A DNA stretch of 64,000 bases, taken from an uncultured Chloroflexia bacterium (lineage in GTDB: Bacteria > Chloroflexota > Limnocylindria > Limnocylindrales > CSP1-4). Location: contig CAWFXA010000002.1 in the NCBI GenBank assembly GCA_963819655.1, positions 448,001-512,000 on the forward strand, given 5' to 3'. Positions within the stretch are counted from its first letter, which is position 1. Each line of letters begins with the position of its first letter. Position numbers and translations under genes: made by a program. Below are positions 63,901 to 64,000 of the stretch, piece by piece. Below the pieces are notes generated by a model. That model did no database searches and had not been told where the DNA came from. It worked only from the letters and a program-made list of their open reading frames with translations.

Positions 63901-64000
63901 TGAGCGGTCTCGTGGCTGCCGTGCGGACCGAGATGCTGAAGGCGCGGCGCTCGCGCATCCCGTGGGGCGTAGCCATCGGCTTCTCGCTTGCGCCTCTTGT
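63900..64000 (+). CDS. ABC-2 permease (3' end outside window)
   Basis: TAATG overlap; MSGLVAAVRTEMLKARRS. Confidence 0.8.
   Translation, partial: MSGLVAAVRTEMLKARRSRIPWGVAIGFSLAPL

Overview
Very GC-rich bacterial chromosome segment spanning the replication origin. Gene content and protein style suggest a Chloroflexota (Limnocylindria/Ellin6529-like) genome; this is inference, not a search result. Positions 1-14 kb hold a cell-envelope glycosylation cluster: inositol-1-phosphate synthase, two PatA-like acyltransferases, a PHP phosphoesterase, a PimA-like GT4, a giant double GT-C/PMT fusion, another GT-C-like protein, a DUF2723/TMEM260-like protein and a GT2. The origin block follows: DUF151, rhomboid, a PP2C-like pseudophosphatase membrane protein, dciA, recF, dnaN, oriC, dnaA, then rpmH-rnpA-yidD-yidC-jag-vanW. 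Next come a CPA2 antiporter, tmRNA, a cupin and an accessory-gene-free urease with an altered flap motif. A ~20 kb minus-strand block carries parS, parAB, gyrB, thioesterase, AlkD-like, gyrA, prs, secA, ydcF, a small Cys-rich protein, frameshifted prfB, GNAT, ftsEX, ctpA and smpB. The window ends with mreD-pbp2-rodA and several transport/regulatory genes. Several genes carry single-base indels at short homopolymers, probably long-read errors. No CRISPR array, transposase or prophage is seen. Best leads: the PIM-like plus multi-GT-C glycosylation system with a candidate PIP phosphatase, a structured SD-sequestering small-ORF transcript upstream of smpB, the atypical urease, the double-CxxxCxxC microprotein coupled to prfB, and paired palindromic repeats upstream of secA.
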